Assembly (NCBI GenBank): GCA_052426225.1 | Contig: JBNJNM010000006.1 | Location: 186,001-250,000, forward strand | Direction: 5' to 3' | Source of the DNA: Zancudomyces culisetae HAW-14-8 | Taxonomy: Eukaryota > Fungi > Kickxellomycota | DNA length: 64,000 nt | Shown here: one piece after another, positions 35,501 to 47,699 of the stretch | How positions within the stretch are numbered: the stretch's first letter is position 1 | How the letters are laid out: each line of letters starts with the position of its first letter | Translations under genes and position numbers: made by a program | Notes under the pieces: model-generated | The model's database searches: none | Told to the model about the DNA's origin: nothing | The model's input: only the letters and a program-made list of their open reading frames with translations

Positions 35501-35772
35501 TTCACTGCAAAAATAAATCCTCAAAAAGGACAAGTGTGTCTTCTTCAACACCGACTAACTCTGGTATTTTCGGTAGTAGTACTGATAAAGCTAGAAATAG
35601 TCTAATAGATGTCGAGCTTTTGAAAAGCTTTATTCTACCAATCGAGGACACACCACACCTGTCAAAGGGAATACGATTCTTTTTACTAAAATATGTTAGC
35701 AACAATAAATATGCTGAACAGAAACATCTACCCGTTATAAATGAGTGTTGTAATTATTTCCTTAAAAATTAG
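32599..35772 (+). CDS. SGD1: Nucleolar MIF4G/MA3 protein (Sgd1/NOM1)
   Basis: LESKLKIK..DGLGFLL, KYVPPSQR, QGLLNRVSESNI, SGLQLRKDDP, RKQFMLE..NLKNN, RGKWWLVGSAW and SSDYVEAFEK motifs. Confidence 0.92.
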   Translation: MRFNSKYGKKKKNTTKLPEELVNKINAASGQANEPLKGNNKRKNKKEHESRKTKRKRERLEVKKRKRDYFSHKTNNTNTAQGSEGTGSKIDEKTRVNTIKNRNIQAKNLKEEVRSKQKIAKTHNQVDTKTQNMPNTEKKAKKVVINENVTTRNIGDSEEESESDDRYDPEEERYMRMLESKLKIKDSGKINRELEKDGLGFLLEGITVLGSKKLNKRDEKAVDIGEKNQEDESEEESEEEGDSDQDDDDEKEEEQEEESDDIYSDGSEFLDTDTRDNEAGTDTEGEEESKDAYDSEEEGYMRMLESKLKIKDSGRINKELEKDGLGFLLEGITVLGSKSLNKKDQEDVDMDNIEDDSESSGEEEEFKGFSDESNGDETDEDVHGKNSQTGTTITVKAEQNKYVPPSQRRMETNDGEKQEMIRARKAIQGLLNRVSESNIDKIIKDILEKVYGNFARKIVTDALVELVISSVESKSNLQDTFVYTNAAVIGGVSHLQSMGRNSGGGGTNECLAEFVQKLVEKVDLEIKQLSCEVPVDVSAERSQNQTENGNGNKKTAKPDDQMSHEKEEEESLGKKRQCLNKIRLLCSTYNFGMISSKLIYDFLQDIASNIGNAGNEEIIIELVLLIIKTSGLQLRKDDPARLIQLVQTVQNNSATGDHVNNTRKQFMLEQMKNLKNNRLKTQMQTSNDAILSLKKKIQNNQGVFMAAGGINVGLQDIRDVNTRGKWWLVGSAWAGNVTRDANPGSTESLDGSHEDDEEEKVLQNISASLKNLASTPTRKSILYALLTSSDYVEAFEKIAKIGNQYISTGGKNNVGGANLSVIFQKDVIRILLALVARETGGFNKYYSLVANRLCQFEYSYKITLRYCLWDYLRSIGEKSFDSDENGSTTDYYGSDDNGYGDDSYNSLGGSGANSSKSLINSINNTAKFYSHLVFKSSLNLLILKPIDFTKVCQNSILFCTLFFNSLLIHCKNKSSKRTSVSSSTPTNSGIFGSSTDKARNSLIDVELLKSFILPIEDTPHLSKGIRFFLLKYVSNNKYAEQKHLPVINECCNYFLKN

Positions 35773-35941
35773 TTTACTTTCCTTTTAGTTTTCTTTTATT
35801 ATTTCAAAATGAAACACATTTAATTATCTTTAACTATCTTTAATCATATTTATCTTTTTTTAGCTTGTAAAGTAAGTCTGAAGTATTAAATATAGTTACA
35901 TTTGCAACTATTTTCTCAACAATACCCACAATCAGAAACTA

Positions 35942-37276
35942 TTATTTCTCACCTGAAATAATCTTATAAACGCTACTAAAATCTTTTGATGCCAACCCGT
36001 TGTTTTCACTACATCCATGTAGATACATTTGAGTTGCTAGTGCAGACATAATCGTCGTGCATCCTGCCTTTTTTGCGGCAAGCAGACTCAGGTTCATATC
36101 CTTGAGCATTAACTTTGTAGCAAACCCACCGGAATATTCACGGTTGCTGGGCACATTTGCTCCCTCAATGCTGTTTGGGCAAGGGTTGCCAACTTCGCTG
36201 GACCAACATCTTCCACTTGATACATTAATGATTTTTGCCAGTAGTTTTCTGTCCACACCAAGCTTCACCCCCAAATTCATAGCCTCACTGGTCGCCACCA
36301 TTGTCGCGCCAAGCAACATGTTGTTGCATATCTTGACGGTTTGCCCACTACCCAGTCCTCCGCAGCGCAAAACATTTTTCCCCATGTGCTGCAACACTTC
36401 CTTCGCCAACTCGAACTCCTCTTCATTGCGACTCCCTACCATAAATGTCAGCGTTGCTGCCTCTGCTCCCATAATTCCACCAGATACTGGTGCATCTATA
36501 GGTATCATTGCACCTCCCTTGCCTTTTGCGCCTACATCTTCCACCTGTTTGGATACTTGTTGGGATGTAAATGTGTCTATAGTACTACTGTCTATGCACA
36601 GTGTGCGCCTACCCCCTTTTTTTTCTAGCCCTGATACAATCTCACTATACGCTGCCTTGACATGCTGCGGTTCTGGGAGCATAGTAATTATCACCTCACA
36701 TTCTTCAGAAAGTTTGGACAAACTTGCGGCCTCTTTGACTCTGTTGCTGTTGTTTGTTTGCTTCAAAAATCGTCCTGTTGCCTCTTTGTTAATATCATAT
36801 ATTACCATCGGATTTTCAGTCTTTTTGAACATATTGTTTGCCATATGAAACCCCATATTTCCCAGTCCTACAAACCCAATTGGACCTTCGATCTTTGTTG
36901 ATATACTTCTACTTCCACCTAAATATATTTTTACAAAACTATTATTAGTAGTACTAGTTAAACATATCAGGTTATTAGAAATCCACCAAGTATATGTAGA
37001 CATGACTTTATTGTTGTTTTTTCATCATAGAGTCTTTAGTACCGTTTTTATTCGTTACCACGCTCCAACTCAATATTCCGCTCTTGTTTTTCTTTAAAAA
37101 AAAAGAAAAAAGTAATGACGTTTTGTATTTATTCTCCGGTTTATAGCCATGATAGGCATACTCTTAGAGTGCATATTATAAGAGTTATTAAAATACCTAC
37201 CCATCCTGGTCATCAGCGCTGCTGTTAAACCAACACATTTTCTTCCACTAGTTTTTCCTAAGTTTACCCAAGACAT
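35942..37276 (-). CDS. Mitochondrial 3-hydroxyisobutyrate dehydrogenase (HIBADH); main exon about 36919-35942, upstream exon(s) from 37276
   Basis: IGFVGLGNMG, IITMLP, IDSSTID, DAPVSGG..GAEAATLTFMVG, KICNNMLLG, SSGRCWSS and GGF..KLMLKD motifs. ATG 37276 gives a basic targeting-peptide-like exon followed by GT donors. A small middle exon (about 37092-37043) is possible. Confidence 0.92.
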
Positions 37277-38385
37277 ACTTCGTTTAGTTCAGGTACTATT
37301 TTAGAGCCTTTGTCTATTAGTTTGTTTGTTTTTTTGCTTGCTTGTCACTTGCTAAAGTAGTTTAATATTAAGGTTACACCAACTATATATTATCTTGCTC
37401 TAATTCTTCAAGTTCTTTTACTAGTTTGAAGAAAGTTGTTAATTATATATGTTTTTTAAATTGAGAAAGGATTTGAATAATAGCAATTGTAAAAATTAAA
37501 AAAAAGTGGGTTGGTGCTTTTTTTGGGTTGTCTATTGGTACAAACAGCTCTGAGTGATTTCAATTAGCGAAAGCCAAAGATAGTATTGTTTCAAGTTTTT
37601 GTTGTTTTTAACGACTTCTAAGCCTCACTAGGAGTCCAATCATAACAAGATTGTGTCGATTATTTTTTCCCCTGACTCCAGGTCTGACCAACTTCATAAA
37701 TAATGGACAGTTTCGTTTATCTTTATTATTATCACACATTAGCCTTAGCGGGAGAAATCCGGCTAAAGCTTTTCCACATAGGCTATCTTTTTCACAACCA
37801 TTCACTACAAATCAAGCACCATAAAAACATGCCGGAGTTTTAGCACTTTAAAAAATTATACCATAAAGTTTACTCTGTATTCCCCTTGTCATAAACTACT
37901 CGTTTGATATCGAATTATGCGCTCTTACTTAAGAACCTCAATGATTTTTTGTGCTTTACCAAAATTTATTAAGTATGGAAAATCAGCTGAAACCTGTTCA
38001 AGCATCAATAATATGCCACAGTCCACACGAAACGCGGATATACTTTTACTCAAAACCATACCTAAACATCTAGTATTTTCCTTTTTGCTTTTGTATACAT
38101 CTGTGGGAATCCAGTTTTTGCAGCATTTTGCAGCTTACATAATTGGTTCATATTACTACGCAAACCCGTTTTATTCCCCAAACCTCATTTGTTGCTACCT
38201 CAATAGTTCAAAATTAATTACAAATCGTAAAATACACTTTCGCTCATTTGAAATATATTTCGCATTTGGCTTTCCTTTTTACCTTTGCAATTTTTTTATC
38301 CTAAAAAAAAGTGAAAGTATAAAAGACAGTAGACTTAATCTCAACACCTAGCAAAGGAATCCTAAAAAAAGAAAAACAACACAAA

Positions 38386-39565
38386 ATGGGAAACGATGGT
38401 GGAAGTATACCTCGACGAGTAGAACTAGTAAAGGAAAAGAAAAAAGAGGAAAAAGTAGATTCGAACATCCAGGCCATAACAAAATGGTTTTTTTGTGCCC
38501 TTTCAAAACAACCCCTTGAACAACCAATAGTTGCTGATGAAATGGGAAGAATGTATAATCGCGAATCCGTGCTGGAATTTCTGTTAGATCGGGAAAATGC
38601 CTTTGGGGATTCTGATAAGATCTGTGGGCATATAAGAACTATCAAGGATGTTGTGACGCTGAAATTGGCATCAGTACCGACACTTACATCAAAAAAAGCT
38701 GAAGCTGAAGCTGTAGTTCCGCCGATCAAGGGTAAAACCAGCAGTTTCTCGCGGAAGCATATCGAACTTAATGGCACCTCCAATTATATTTGCCCAATAC
38801 TTGGCAAAGAAATGAATGGAAAAAATAAATTTGTATTTTTATGGACTTGTGGTTGTGTGCTTTCAGAAGATTCACTCAAGATAATGACAGATAATTTATG
38901 TTTAAATGTAAGTATTTCAAGTACGCCTTTTTATTTTCTATCTGTTTCTTACAACTCGTTCATTTTGTTTATTGATGAGAGCTTCAAGTGTAAAAATACA
39001 TATTAATATTAATATTAATATTTATGTTCTATAAAACTAGTGTAGTACACCGATTTCGAATCCTGATGACATAATTCAAATCAATCCTCGAAATGATCAA
39101 CTGATATCTGTTATCGAACAAATGAAACGACATCGCCAAAACAGAAAATCATCTAAAAAAAGAAAGAATCCCGAAGTTGCTAAAATAGAATCATGCACCG
39201 GCTCCAATATTGAAAGACGCGATATACAGCTGAATAATGAACATGATAATATGAGTGGATCCACTTCTACGAAGGTACTTGAAAAAAACGAGCAGGATGT
39301 ACGCATAGCCAACAAAAATAAAAGCAAAAGCAAAAGCCATCGCCGTAATGATATTACCAACGAAACTGTAGATCCTAAACGCGTAAAATATGAGAGCACA
39401 TCTAGGGCGAACTCAGGTAGTAAGATTCATAATTCCACAGGTGCTTCAGCAAGCAAACGAAATAAGGTGTTGGACAGTGTGTTTCTATCCGAAAAGGATC
39501 ATGAAAAGCTCAATTCTAACAAAAACCACTTGTTTAGGGGAACATTTAACCGCTATGTCTCCTGA
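38386..39565 (+). CDS. RTF2: Replication termination factor 2; exons 38386-38907, 39041-39565
   Basis: MGNDGGSIPRRVELVK, W..CALS..PL..PIV, GRMYNRESVLEFLL, YICPI..KEMNG..KFVFLWTCGCV, CLN|CSTP..DDIIQINP; GTAAGT...CTAG intron. Confidence 0.95.
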
Positions 39566-40458
39566 TATTTATTTTTTTGTTTTTTCTATGTATTTAGCGA
39601 TTCCACTCGAGCATACAAATTCCTGAATTGAGCCCTTCTTGCTCACATTACTATTTAAACCAAAAGCAAACTTCATAATAAAATACGGGCTGAGAGGTTA
39701 TAATTGATAAAGTTTTTGCGTATAGTTAGTAATAGTGTTCTTACTCGTGCAGAGATTTTTCTAGAATAAATAAATGGTAGACAATCTTACAAAAAGATCA
39801 GTAAAAAGACAGAATCTTCATTAACCAGATGCAAGCCTACTTTAATAGTAAGTAGCCTGGTAAAAATGAATGATTTCTGGCCTACTCGCCTACTCGCCTA
39901 CTCGCTTAAAGACCACAAGTTTATTAGTAGCAGGCCATGTCCTAGAATAAGGTAGCTTTAAAAGATCAAAGTGGTGTTTACGTTGTGTTTGCACTCTAAT
40001 TAACAAAAGGAGAGGGGGGGGTGAGCACACAATGTAAATATATTCCTATCATTGGTATGCAAGTATAGTAAAACATGTGTTTTGGTTTTTTCTGAAGTTA
40101 ACCATGCTAGCAAAACTGTTAAAAATAAAACAATGCAAATGCGATACAATACATGGTTGGCCAAGATTGAATAAAAAATAACGAGTATTGGTTAACACTA
40201 GTGCACAATTTAAAACAGGGTCTTATATTTAGTAGGGGGATGAGGAGGGGGAAAAATAAAAGATGAATATGTTTTTTCAAAATAGCACGCGGACCTCCAT
40301 TTTAAATAGGATTACGATTTATTGAAACGAAAATAAGTCAGGTAATTAATTAGTAGACTTTTCTGTAAATAGATTGAATCAGTCCATAAAACCAAGTAAT
40401 ATTCTGAGTGCAGTGAACGACTTTCACAAGGAAAGAAAGCAAGTAAAACCAAGTCAAG

Positions 40459-41862
40459 ATGACAACATCGGCCGAATATTCAAAGGAAGAAACCCGGACT
40501 GAGCTTCGGGCGCTGAGACGCAAAGTGGAGAATCAAAGCTGTTTTGATTGTGGTAAGCGCGCGCCAGATTGGGCTAGTGTGACTTTTGGTATTTATTTAT
40601 GCCTGGGATGTTCTGCGGTTCATCGGAACTTGGGCGTTCACATTAGCTTTATTCGGAGCACGGAGCTGGATTCTTGGACTAAGGAGCAGCTGAATACAAT
40701 GAAGGTTGGGGGGAATGGTAAAGCAAAGGCTTTTTGGATAAGTCATGGATGTGGGGATTATATTCAGAATAACACAGGTACTGCAGGAAGTGATAAAAAT
40801 GTGGAACGCAAGTACACATGTAGAGCTGCATTACAGTATAAGATCCATTTGAAGAAGCTGGTTGGTGAGCTCGCTGCTGGTGAGCCGGAAGCTCAGTCCT
40901 CACCTAATTCAGAAAAGACCCATGGGAGTGAAGGTTCTGAGCAAATAAATAAAATACAGATAGAAACAACGTCCAACACTTACGAGTCTATGAATGTGGA
41001 TGTAGTCTCAAAAAGCGAAAATGTACCCAAAGAACAAATCCAACCAAAGATTTTGGCGCCTAAGCTGGAAACTCCCATTATTTCAATGAAAAAAACAAGT
41101 AGAATAGGAGCTACAGGGACAAAATCTGGCGCCAAAAAGAAGCTGGGTGGTGCAGTGAGGCTGGCTACGACCCAAATTCAAAACTTTGAGGAGATATCTG
41201 CTCGTGCTGAGGCAGAGGCCTTGGCCGAAAAGAAACAAAAAGAAACATTGCAAGCTTTTGACTACGAATCAAACCGATTGGATGAAAGTAAAAAAGAAAG
41301 TGAAAATCAAGAATCTCCACAGAGATATGTTGCCAACAATCAACTTTCTAGTAGGCTTACATACAACCCCGAAGTCTCGGGTGATACAGCTATGAATAAT
41401 AATGCGCAGAGAGATGCTGAGCGCCTTGGGATGGCATTTGGTGGTCTCGGATTTGGAACTACTATGGTAAAACCTGCCTCAAACATCAAGGTTGAAAGTG
41501 TGCCTATCTCTCCCATAAATAAAAATCATAACACCAAACAAGCGGATAAGAACATTGAAGAATCCACTCATTCCAAGTTTACAAATGCAAAATCGATATC
41601 ATCTGCTCAATTTTTTGGATACAACAATAGCGACATTGATTCAAGTAATACCAGCTCCATTTCAAATCGGCCTTCGGTTAATAGAGGTTCAGGTTGGGGC
41701 AGAGACATCTTTGGCTCTGATTTAGATATTGAGGAGCTTGGTGTTAATGCAGTTGATAAAATCAAACTACTTTTGGATTCTAGCGATGCAGAGAACCTGA
41801 GACGCGTCTGGAACGAAGGATCGGAAAAGGTGGCAGAGTATTTGGATTCGCTTCGCTACTGA
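40459..41862 (+). CDS. GLO3: ARF GTPase-activating protein, Glo3/ArfGAP2/3 type
   Basis: [35 protein letters not shown] ArfGAP zinc finger, KKKLGGA, and the Glo3 motif [11 protein letters not shown]. Confidence 0.92.
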   Translation: MTTSAEYSKEETRTELRALRRKVENQSCFDCGKRAPDWASVTFGIYLCLGCSAVHRNLGVHISFIRSTELDSWTKEQLNTMKVGGNGKAKAFWISHGCGDYIQNNTGTAGSDKNVERKYTCRAALQYKIHLKKLVGELAAGEPEAQSSPNSEKTHGSEGSEQINKIQIETTSNTYESMNVDVVSKSENVPKEQIQPKILAPKLETPIISMKKTSRIGATGTKSGAKKKLGGAVRLATTQIQNFEEISARAEAEALAEKKQKETLQAFDYESNRLDESKKESENQESPQRYVANNQLSSRLTYNPEVSGDTAMNNNAQRDAERLGMAFGGLGFGTTMVKPASNIKVESVPISPINKNHNTKQADKNIEESTHSKFTNAKSISSAQFFGYNNSDIDSSNTSSISNRPSVNRGSGWGRDIFGSDLDIEELGVNAVDKIKLLLDSSDAENLRRVWNEGSEKVAEYLDSLRY

Positions 41863-42099
41863 GTTTTTTTATATATCATGTGTAGTTGTATGTGTGCATC
41901 TTTTGTTTCCTATATTGGAGCTATTTTTCTCTTGGCTGTATAGAACATTGTTCTTTTTTTTTTGTGATAACATTAACCTTTCTTTTCTTTAAATGAACCA
42001 TTTATTAACGCCCTGACGGGCTGGAAGGCAACACACAGACCAACCATCAGCCGCTCATACTCCAACAGCTATATACATACTTCCTTTTTTAGATATATA

Positions 42100-42615
42100 T
42101 ACATAAAGAGGTTGTTTTGGTCGAGCTAGGCGGAAGAATGCTAGTAGTGCTGGGTTCGAATGAGAACAACAGTACAAATACTATGGGCGTAATAAGAAAA
42201 GGGTAAATGGTATTTAGCGATTCAAGAGTTTTGCTCAAATATATAAGCCCGCAGCCTTGTACTATACGCATTTCACCTCGAGATTAGTGAACATGGTCTT
42301 TAAAACATTGTGAGACGCTGTAGAGTGCAGTTTTATGTAGACACGTTGTGGTTTAAAACAGAAAGAAAGTTTATACTGAGGTATTATTATAGATATTGCC
42401 TCCTCAGTGTATCTACATTTATAGTTGTAAAGTACGTGTAAACAGCCAATCGGCTATGCGTAATGGTATATATCAACTGGTATTTAACCACAAATAACAT
42501 GTCCACCCCACCCCCAAAAATTACTTTCAATGTGGCTATTAGTGTTTATGGCGTTACACAAAGATGAGATTTTCTCATTTGCTTAACGACATTAATTGAA
42601 AAAAAAATTTTTTTT
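42100..42615. ncRNA. Candidate structured ncRNA with Pol III-like A/B boxes (identity unknown)
   Basis: A-box-like TGGTCGAGCTAGG (42118-42130), B-box-like GGTTCGAATG (42153-42162), several long-range stems and a T8 at 42608. No family could be assigned. Confidence 0.3.
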
Positions 42616-43259
42616 GAGTTTGTGATAAGAGAGGGCACTTGGTGTACAATACGAAACTCTTACTCATCCCCTTCTTTCTTTATGCTCCTTTTCTCTCCTT
42701 CATGGGCTTTTAACTGGATCTCATACTTTTTTGGAAATCGTGCGATGTTGTTATTTAATACCAGGAAGTGGTAAATTGTCAATCTCTTTTTTTAGTTTGC
42801 AATAATGAGGTATATTTGGCGAATAGCGACTTTGTGACTACCTGTAAAAGAGAGTAAAAGGACAATTTTTTTCCTTTAGTATAAACTGACTTGTAATGGG
42901 AAAAATCGCCGAAAATAAAAATACGATAAAAATGGAAATTTTATATCGATAAGAATTTGCTACCTATTATCTTTTTTTTTTAGGTCAACCTTATTTCTTT
43001 CAAAATTTTCATCTGAAAAAATCCCTGTAGCTTGTTTGAGATTGTAATCAAAAAAAAAATTCATTTAATCATATTCACAGCCTTTTTTTGTATCGTGAAC
43101 CGAAATTCTTGAGGGGAATATAAGAGTATAGCTTAGTGATAGTGGAAAGAAACATAAATACTTCCTTTTATAAATTTCTCTTCGCTTTGTATAGTTATTA
43201 ACGATTGAAATCAAGAAAAGGTGATAAAATTAATATCAGGGTAAGGTGGATATAGTAAA

Positions 43260-44534
43260 ATGATCTCAAACACTACAAGGATTGCTGGAAAAAGCATTTT
43301 CAAGGCTCCAGCCGGAGTTAGATTTAACTCGATCTGGGCAAATATCAAAATGGGCCCACCAGATCCTATCCTAGGTATAAACGAGGCATTCAAAAAGGAT
43401 TCCCATCCTCTAAAAGTGAACTTGGGGGTTGGTGCCTTCAGAGATGACAATGGCAAACCAAAGGTTTTAGACTGTGTTCGAAAGGCAGAAAAAATTATTT
43501 CAGAGAAAAATCTGGATAAGGAATACATTCCAATTGTAGGTTTGCCTCAGTTTAATAGCGAAGCCCTTAAGTTGGCATATGGAGAAAATAGTTCAGCCCT
43601 CAAAGAGGACAGAGTAGCGGTTACCCAAACTCTGAGTGGAACAGGGGCATTGAGAATTGGTGGAGCCTTTATTGAACGATTTTTGGGAAAGGACACTACA
43701 GTATACGTGCCAGGACCAACATGGGGAAACCATATTAGTGTATTTAAGGACTGTGGACTGCAGCCTAAGGAGTACAGATATTATGATAAAAAGACAAATG
43801 GGCTTGATATTGCTGGATTGCTTGAAGATCTTTCAAGTGCAAAGCCCGGGTCAGTAGCGTTGTTGCATGGATGTGCGCACAACCCAACAGGTGTAGATCC
43901 TACTTTTGAACAATGGAAACAAATACTTGAGGTGTGTAAAAAAAACAGTATTATCCCATTCTTTGACGTGGCATACCAGGGCTTTGCCTCAGGGGATACT
44001 AACTTTGACGCCCAATCTCTAAGACTCTTTGTAGACAGTGGCGTATCTATAATGCTTTCTCAAAGCTTTGCAAAGAATATGGGCTTGTATGGCGAAAGAG
44101 TTGGCACATTTTCCGTTGTTTGTGCAAGCTCCGAAGAAAAAGATCGCGTCTTGTCTCAGTTCAAGATTCTTATTAGACCTATTTACTCCAGCCCACCTGT
44201 AAATGGTGCTAGAATCGCTGCTGAGGTGCTGTCTAACCCAGAATTGAACAAACTCTGGTTGACTGAGGTCAAGGGAATGGCTGATAGAATTATCTCTATG
44301 AGATCCCTGCTAAGAAAACATTTGGAAGAGGATTGTAAGAGCTCACTAAGCTGGAAACATATTACTGATCAAATTGGAATGTTTTGCTTTACTGGAATTA
44401 GTCCTGAGGCTGTTGATAGATTAAAAGACGAATTCCACATTTATTTGACTAGAAATGGACGTATTTCAATGGCCGGCATCACAACCAAGAATGTTCGATA
44501 TGTCGCAGAATCATTCCATGAAGTTACTAAATAG
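43260..44534 (+). CDS. Mitochondrial aspartate aminotransferase (GOT2-type)
   Basis: Targeting peptide, GPPDPILG, NLGVGAFRD, QTLSGTGAL, HGCAHNPTGVDP, FDVAYQGFASG, SQSFAKNMGLYGERVG (PLP Lys) and QIGMFCFTG motifs. Confidence 0.96.
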   Translation: MISNTTRIAGKSIFKAPAGVRFNSIWANIKMGPPDPILGINEAFKKDSHPLKVNLGVGAFRDDNGKPKVLDCVRKAEKIISEKNLDKEYIPIVGLPQFNSEALKLAYGENSSALKEDRVAVTQTLSGTGALRIGGAFIERFLGKDTTVYVPGPTWGNHISVFKDCGLQPKEYRYYDKKTNGLDIAGLLEDLSSAKPGSVALLHGCAHNPTGVDPTFEQWKQILEVCKKNSIIPFFDVAYQGFASGDTNFDAQSLRLFVDSGVSIMLSQSFAKNMGLYGERVGTFSVVCASSEEKDRVLSQFKILIRPIYSSPPVNGARIAAEVLSNPELNKLWLTEVKGMADRIISMRSLLRKHLEEDCKSSLSWKHITDQIGMFCFTGISPEAVDRLKDEFHIYLTRNGRISMAGITTKNVRYVAESFHEVTK

Positions 44535-47500
44535 TTTGATTTAATACTCTACCCAAAACTTTTAATAAACTATATTTACATGTTTCAATTCTCACACATC
44601 TTTATTCTTTAAGAATTTTTTGCTCAAAGATATATTCTTTTCTATTTGAAATAACATAATGATCCAATCTTTCCTTTTTTCTTATCAGATTTGGAAAAAG
44701 TGAAATTTTATTTAACTGCCAGCTATTTGCTCTCTCTCCTCCCCACCCCACCACCGCCCTCGTTGAGGCGAAAAGAATAAAACTATTCTAAAAAAAACAT
44801 AACCTTGGCTTTACTATTCTCTACATTTATGTGGTTCATCCTTATTGATACTCGAAATTGACATTGTATCTGGTTTTTGAACCAATATAGCCTGTGTTAC
44901 ACCTATGCGAATGCTTTGAACCTACAAAGATTCAAACATTATTGCGAAGCCTGCTAATGTTGTATTAGAAATTACCAATCACAAGATCATCATATTGAGA
45001 GATTGGTGCAATTTTATCTTTTATCTTATAGCGATAAATGCAAAACTATAGGAACACACAAGTCATTGTGAATATATCTTTGGTAATATAATACCACAAA
45101 GTCATACTCACAACAAAGATAATGGATATGTATCATAACATTTACCTGTGAAAGTGTACACTTGAGCTTTTATCTAAACCTTACTAGATGGAGTAACACC
45201 TAAAAATATTTTATATGTTTTTTCATCTTTTGATCGAGTTTTTGGATGTTACACAATGAGATATAAACTGCTTTTAGTCGATGTCCTTTATCTTGTACCA
45301 CTACTTTGGATTAAATATATCTGTTTTTTTTAGACTGAATGCACTCCTACAGCGTACAAATAAAAGGTATTACCTTTGTGACCACAAACAGCATTTTTCT
45401 TTATAAAAAAAGATGTATTCTCCCGCGTCAAAACAATAGCCACAATAGCATAGGAATACTAACCATCTTTCTAATGAAACCAAAATTCGACCTTATCTGT
45501 GGTTATTCTCACATAGAACAATCCAAAGTTTTAGACAGTTATGACAACTTGTGTACACCCAGTAACTTATGTTTAGTATGCTTTTTCTGATGGCTTTTTT
45601 TCTACTTTTTCGGACATTTAATAAAGCCAAGATTGTAAGAGCAGCTACACCAATTAGAGTTGAGCTGCTTTTGACAGGAAGAAAAACCTCTCTTTATTCT
45701 TATGAATGTAAAAATTGGGGGAGGGGGTTTCTTCAGGCGAACATGCAACATTATATTTACTGTACTTGTTGAGTTGTACAAGCCCAACTCATAGATAGTT
45801 GTAAAGTTCTGTAGAGGTAATTTATGCTTGCCCAATACTGAGTTATAAATATCTATTAAAAATACCCTCTTCTCCCCTTCTTCCAATAAAAAGGTATAAA
45901 ACTTCTAGCTTTTTTGCAATTTTACAACATTATTAACTGAATCTGCAGCTCTACAGCAAGAGCCAGGTACAGGAAAGTACATTACAAATAAATAGGGAAA
46001 TTTTTTTCGTATAACTGCGCTGTTTTATTTGGGAGCGAGCTATGCTTATTTCTCAATTGATGTTAACGTAACACAAAGTGATTAATACAATAAAGTATGA
46101 CATCTACAACTACGACAGCCTGATTTACTCAAGTCCGATTACGTTTTGCGCATATTCGGGACGATATGCGTGCGTAAGTACTAGAAATAACAATCCCATG
46201 CGTATTCAGTCACAGAATCAAATATATCTATCTTTTATGAGTATTCCATGCATAAGGATAAGATTTGTTGCGTTACTTCAAGCATAGACCTCACAGATGA
46301 CATAGTTTATGGGTTTGGATATAAATGCGTGATTGGCGAACCACATTCGGACGAGAGCCGGGCTGACTATCAAGTTGCTCTTGCAAGTACACAATTTCTT
46401 TCGGATATTGACGCTGATGTTTATTTGAAGGTTGTCAAGACTAAATCGCTTACATACCATTATGCGGCATCAAACATCATTAAGAATTCAAGATGAAACC
46501 CTGAAAAAGTTACTGATTTGTGCTGTTGTCAGCGATCCAAGTTTGTTTAGTTGACAACCTTTTTTTTTTTTTTTTCTTTTTGTATCTTATATTCTTTTGA
46601 TTTTTTAATAAAATAATTACCAAAAAAAGGTATTTCTATACAGCTGTTATTATCCCCAAGAGAATAACATAACCTTTTATTAGTCCAACCTTCTGTTTCC
46701 TTTTTTGTTTGATTGTTTGTCTGCGCATTTCTCATCCTCGGTTCGTCTTTAAATTCACTATTTTGATATTTTACTTTTCACTACTGTAGATTACTATTAA
46801 AAAAGTACATGATAGAGTACTAAATGCTCGATATCATAATAAAATGCACATCGATACCAGGTGATATTAGTATATTATTGGTAATATACAATAGGATCGA
46901 ATTATTGCCATGAAAATATTATTTTTTATTAGTCAGCTAAAGTAAAACAAAAATCTAAACAGGCCCACATGACTAATGCCATTGTTTATGAGAAAATAAC
47001 TCTACCAACACTCATGAGGAGTTTTGTGCAGAACGGCATGATGTTTGATAGTATCTGTACGTGGTTTTTCTGAAATACTTTTACTGATTATCATATTGAA
47101 CTGGGATGTTTGGTAAAGATGAGATACTGAATCAATAATTCGGATAAAGATTAGAGGAAGGGAAAAAAAAGTAACGGATGAAATTATTATCATTATTCTA
47201 GAATAGATGATAGTAAAATGCAAAGGAAAGGTTCATCCTAATGTATAGTCAGCTATTACTCATTAACTTTGGCTATACGCCTTACAAACTACAAGATGGT
47301 CAAAGCTTTTAAGAAAGATTACAGAACCAAGAAAAAAAGGGTTTTTACTCACTAAAATGAAGTAAAAAAATTCACATGTTTTTTCATTCCGAGTTTTATA
47401 GGTGTCGAAAATCTAAGTTGTTAACAATGAGCCCGAATTATACTCGTGTGTTTCATAATGTATTTAACAAGAACATGACTTTTATAGCTTTTTTCAGAGT

Positions 47501-47699
47501 AGATTCCAGTCTTATCTTTTCTCTTTCTTTGTATCACTTTCTCTTTTCTTAATCTAAAAAATACATCGGGTGTGAATAAATGCTTAAAAGAGAGCTCGGT
47601 TTTGACTTGATATTTTCTTGATACTTTTTCAAATGGCAAAAGAATAAGTATAAGTATCAGTATAATGTAAATCTTTGAATCGGATTAATACTGTAAAAA

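Noticed and set aside
39880-39906. (GCCTACTC)x3 mini-repeat; also poly-C at about 49430-49446, (TAT)n at about 52961 and (CT)n at about 63171
   Set aside because: Short simple repeats with no supporting context.
42110-42170. tRNA gene (5' end resembles tRNA-Leu)
   Set aside because: The T-stem and anticodon arm do not pair. Kept only as a possible Pol III promoter or leader.
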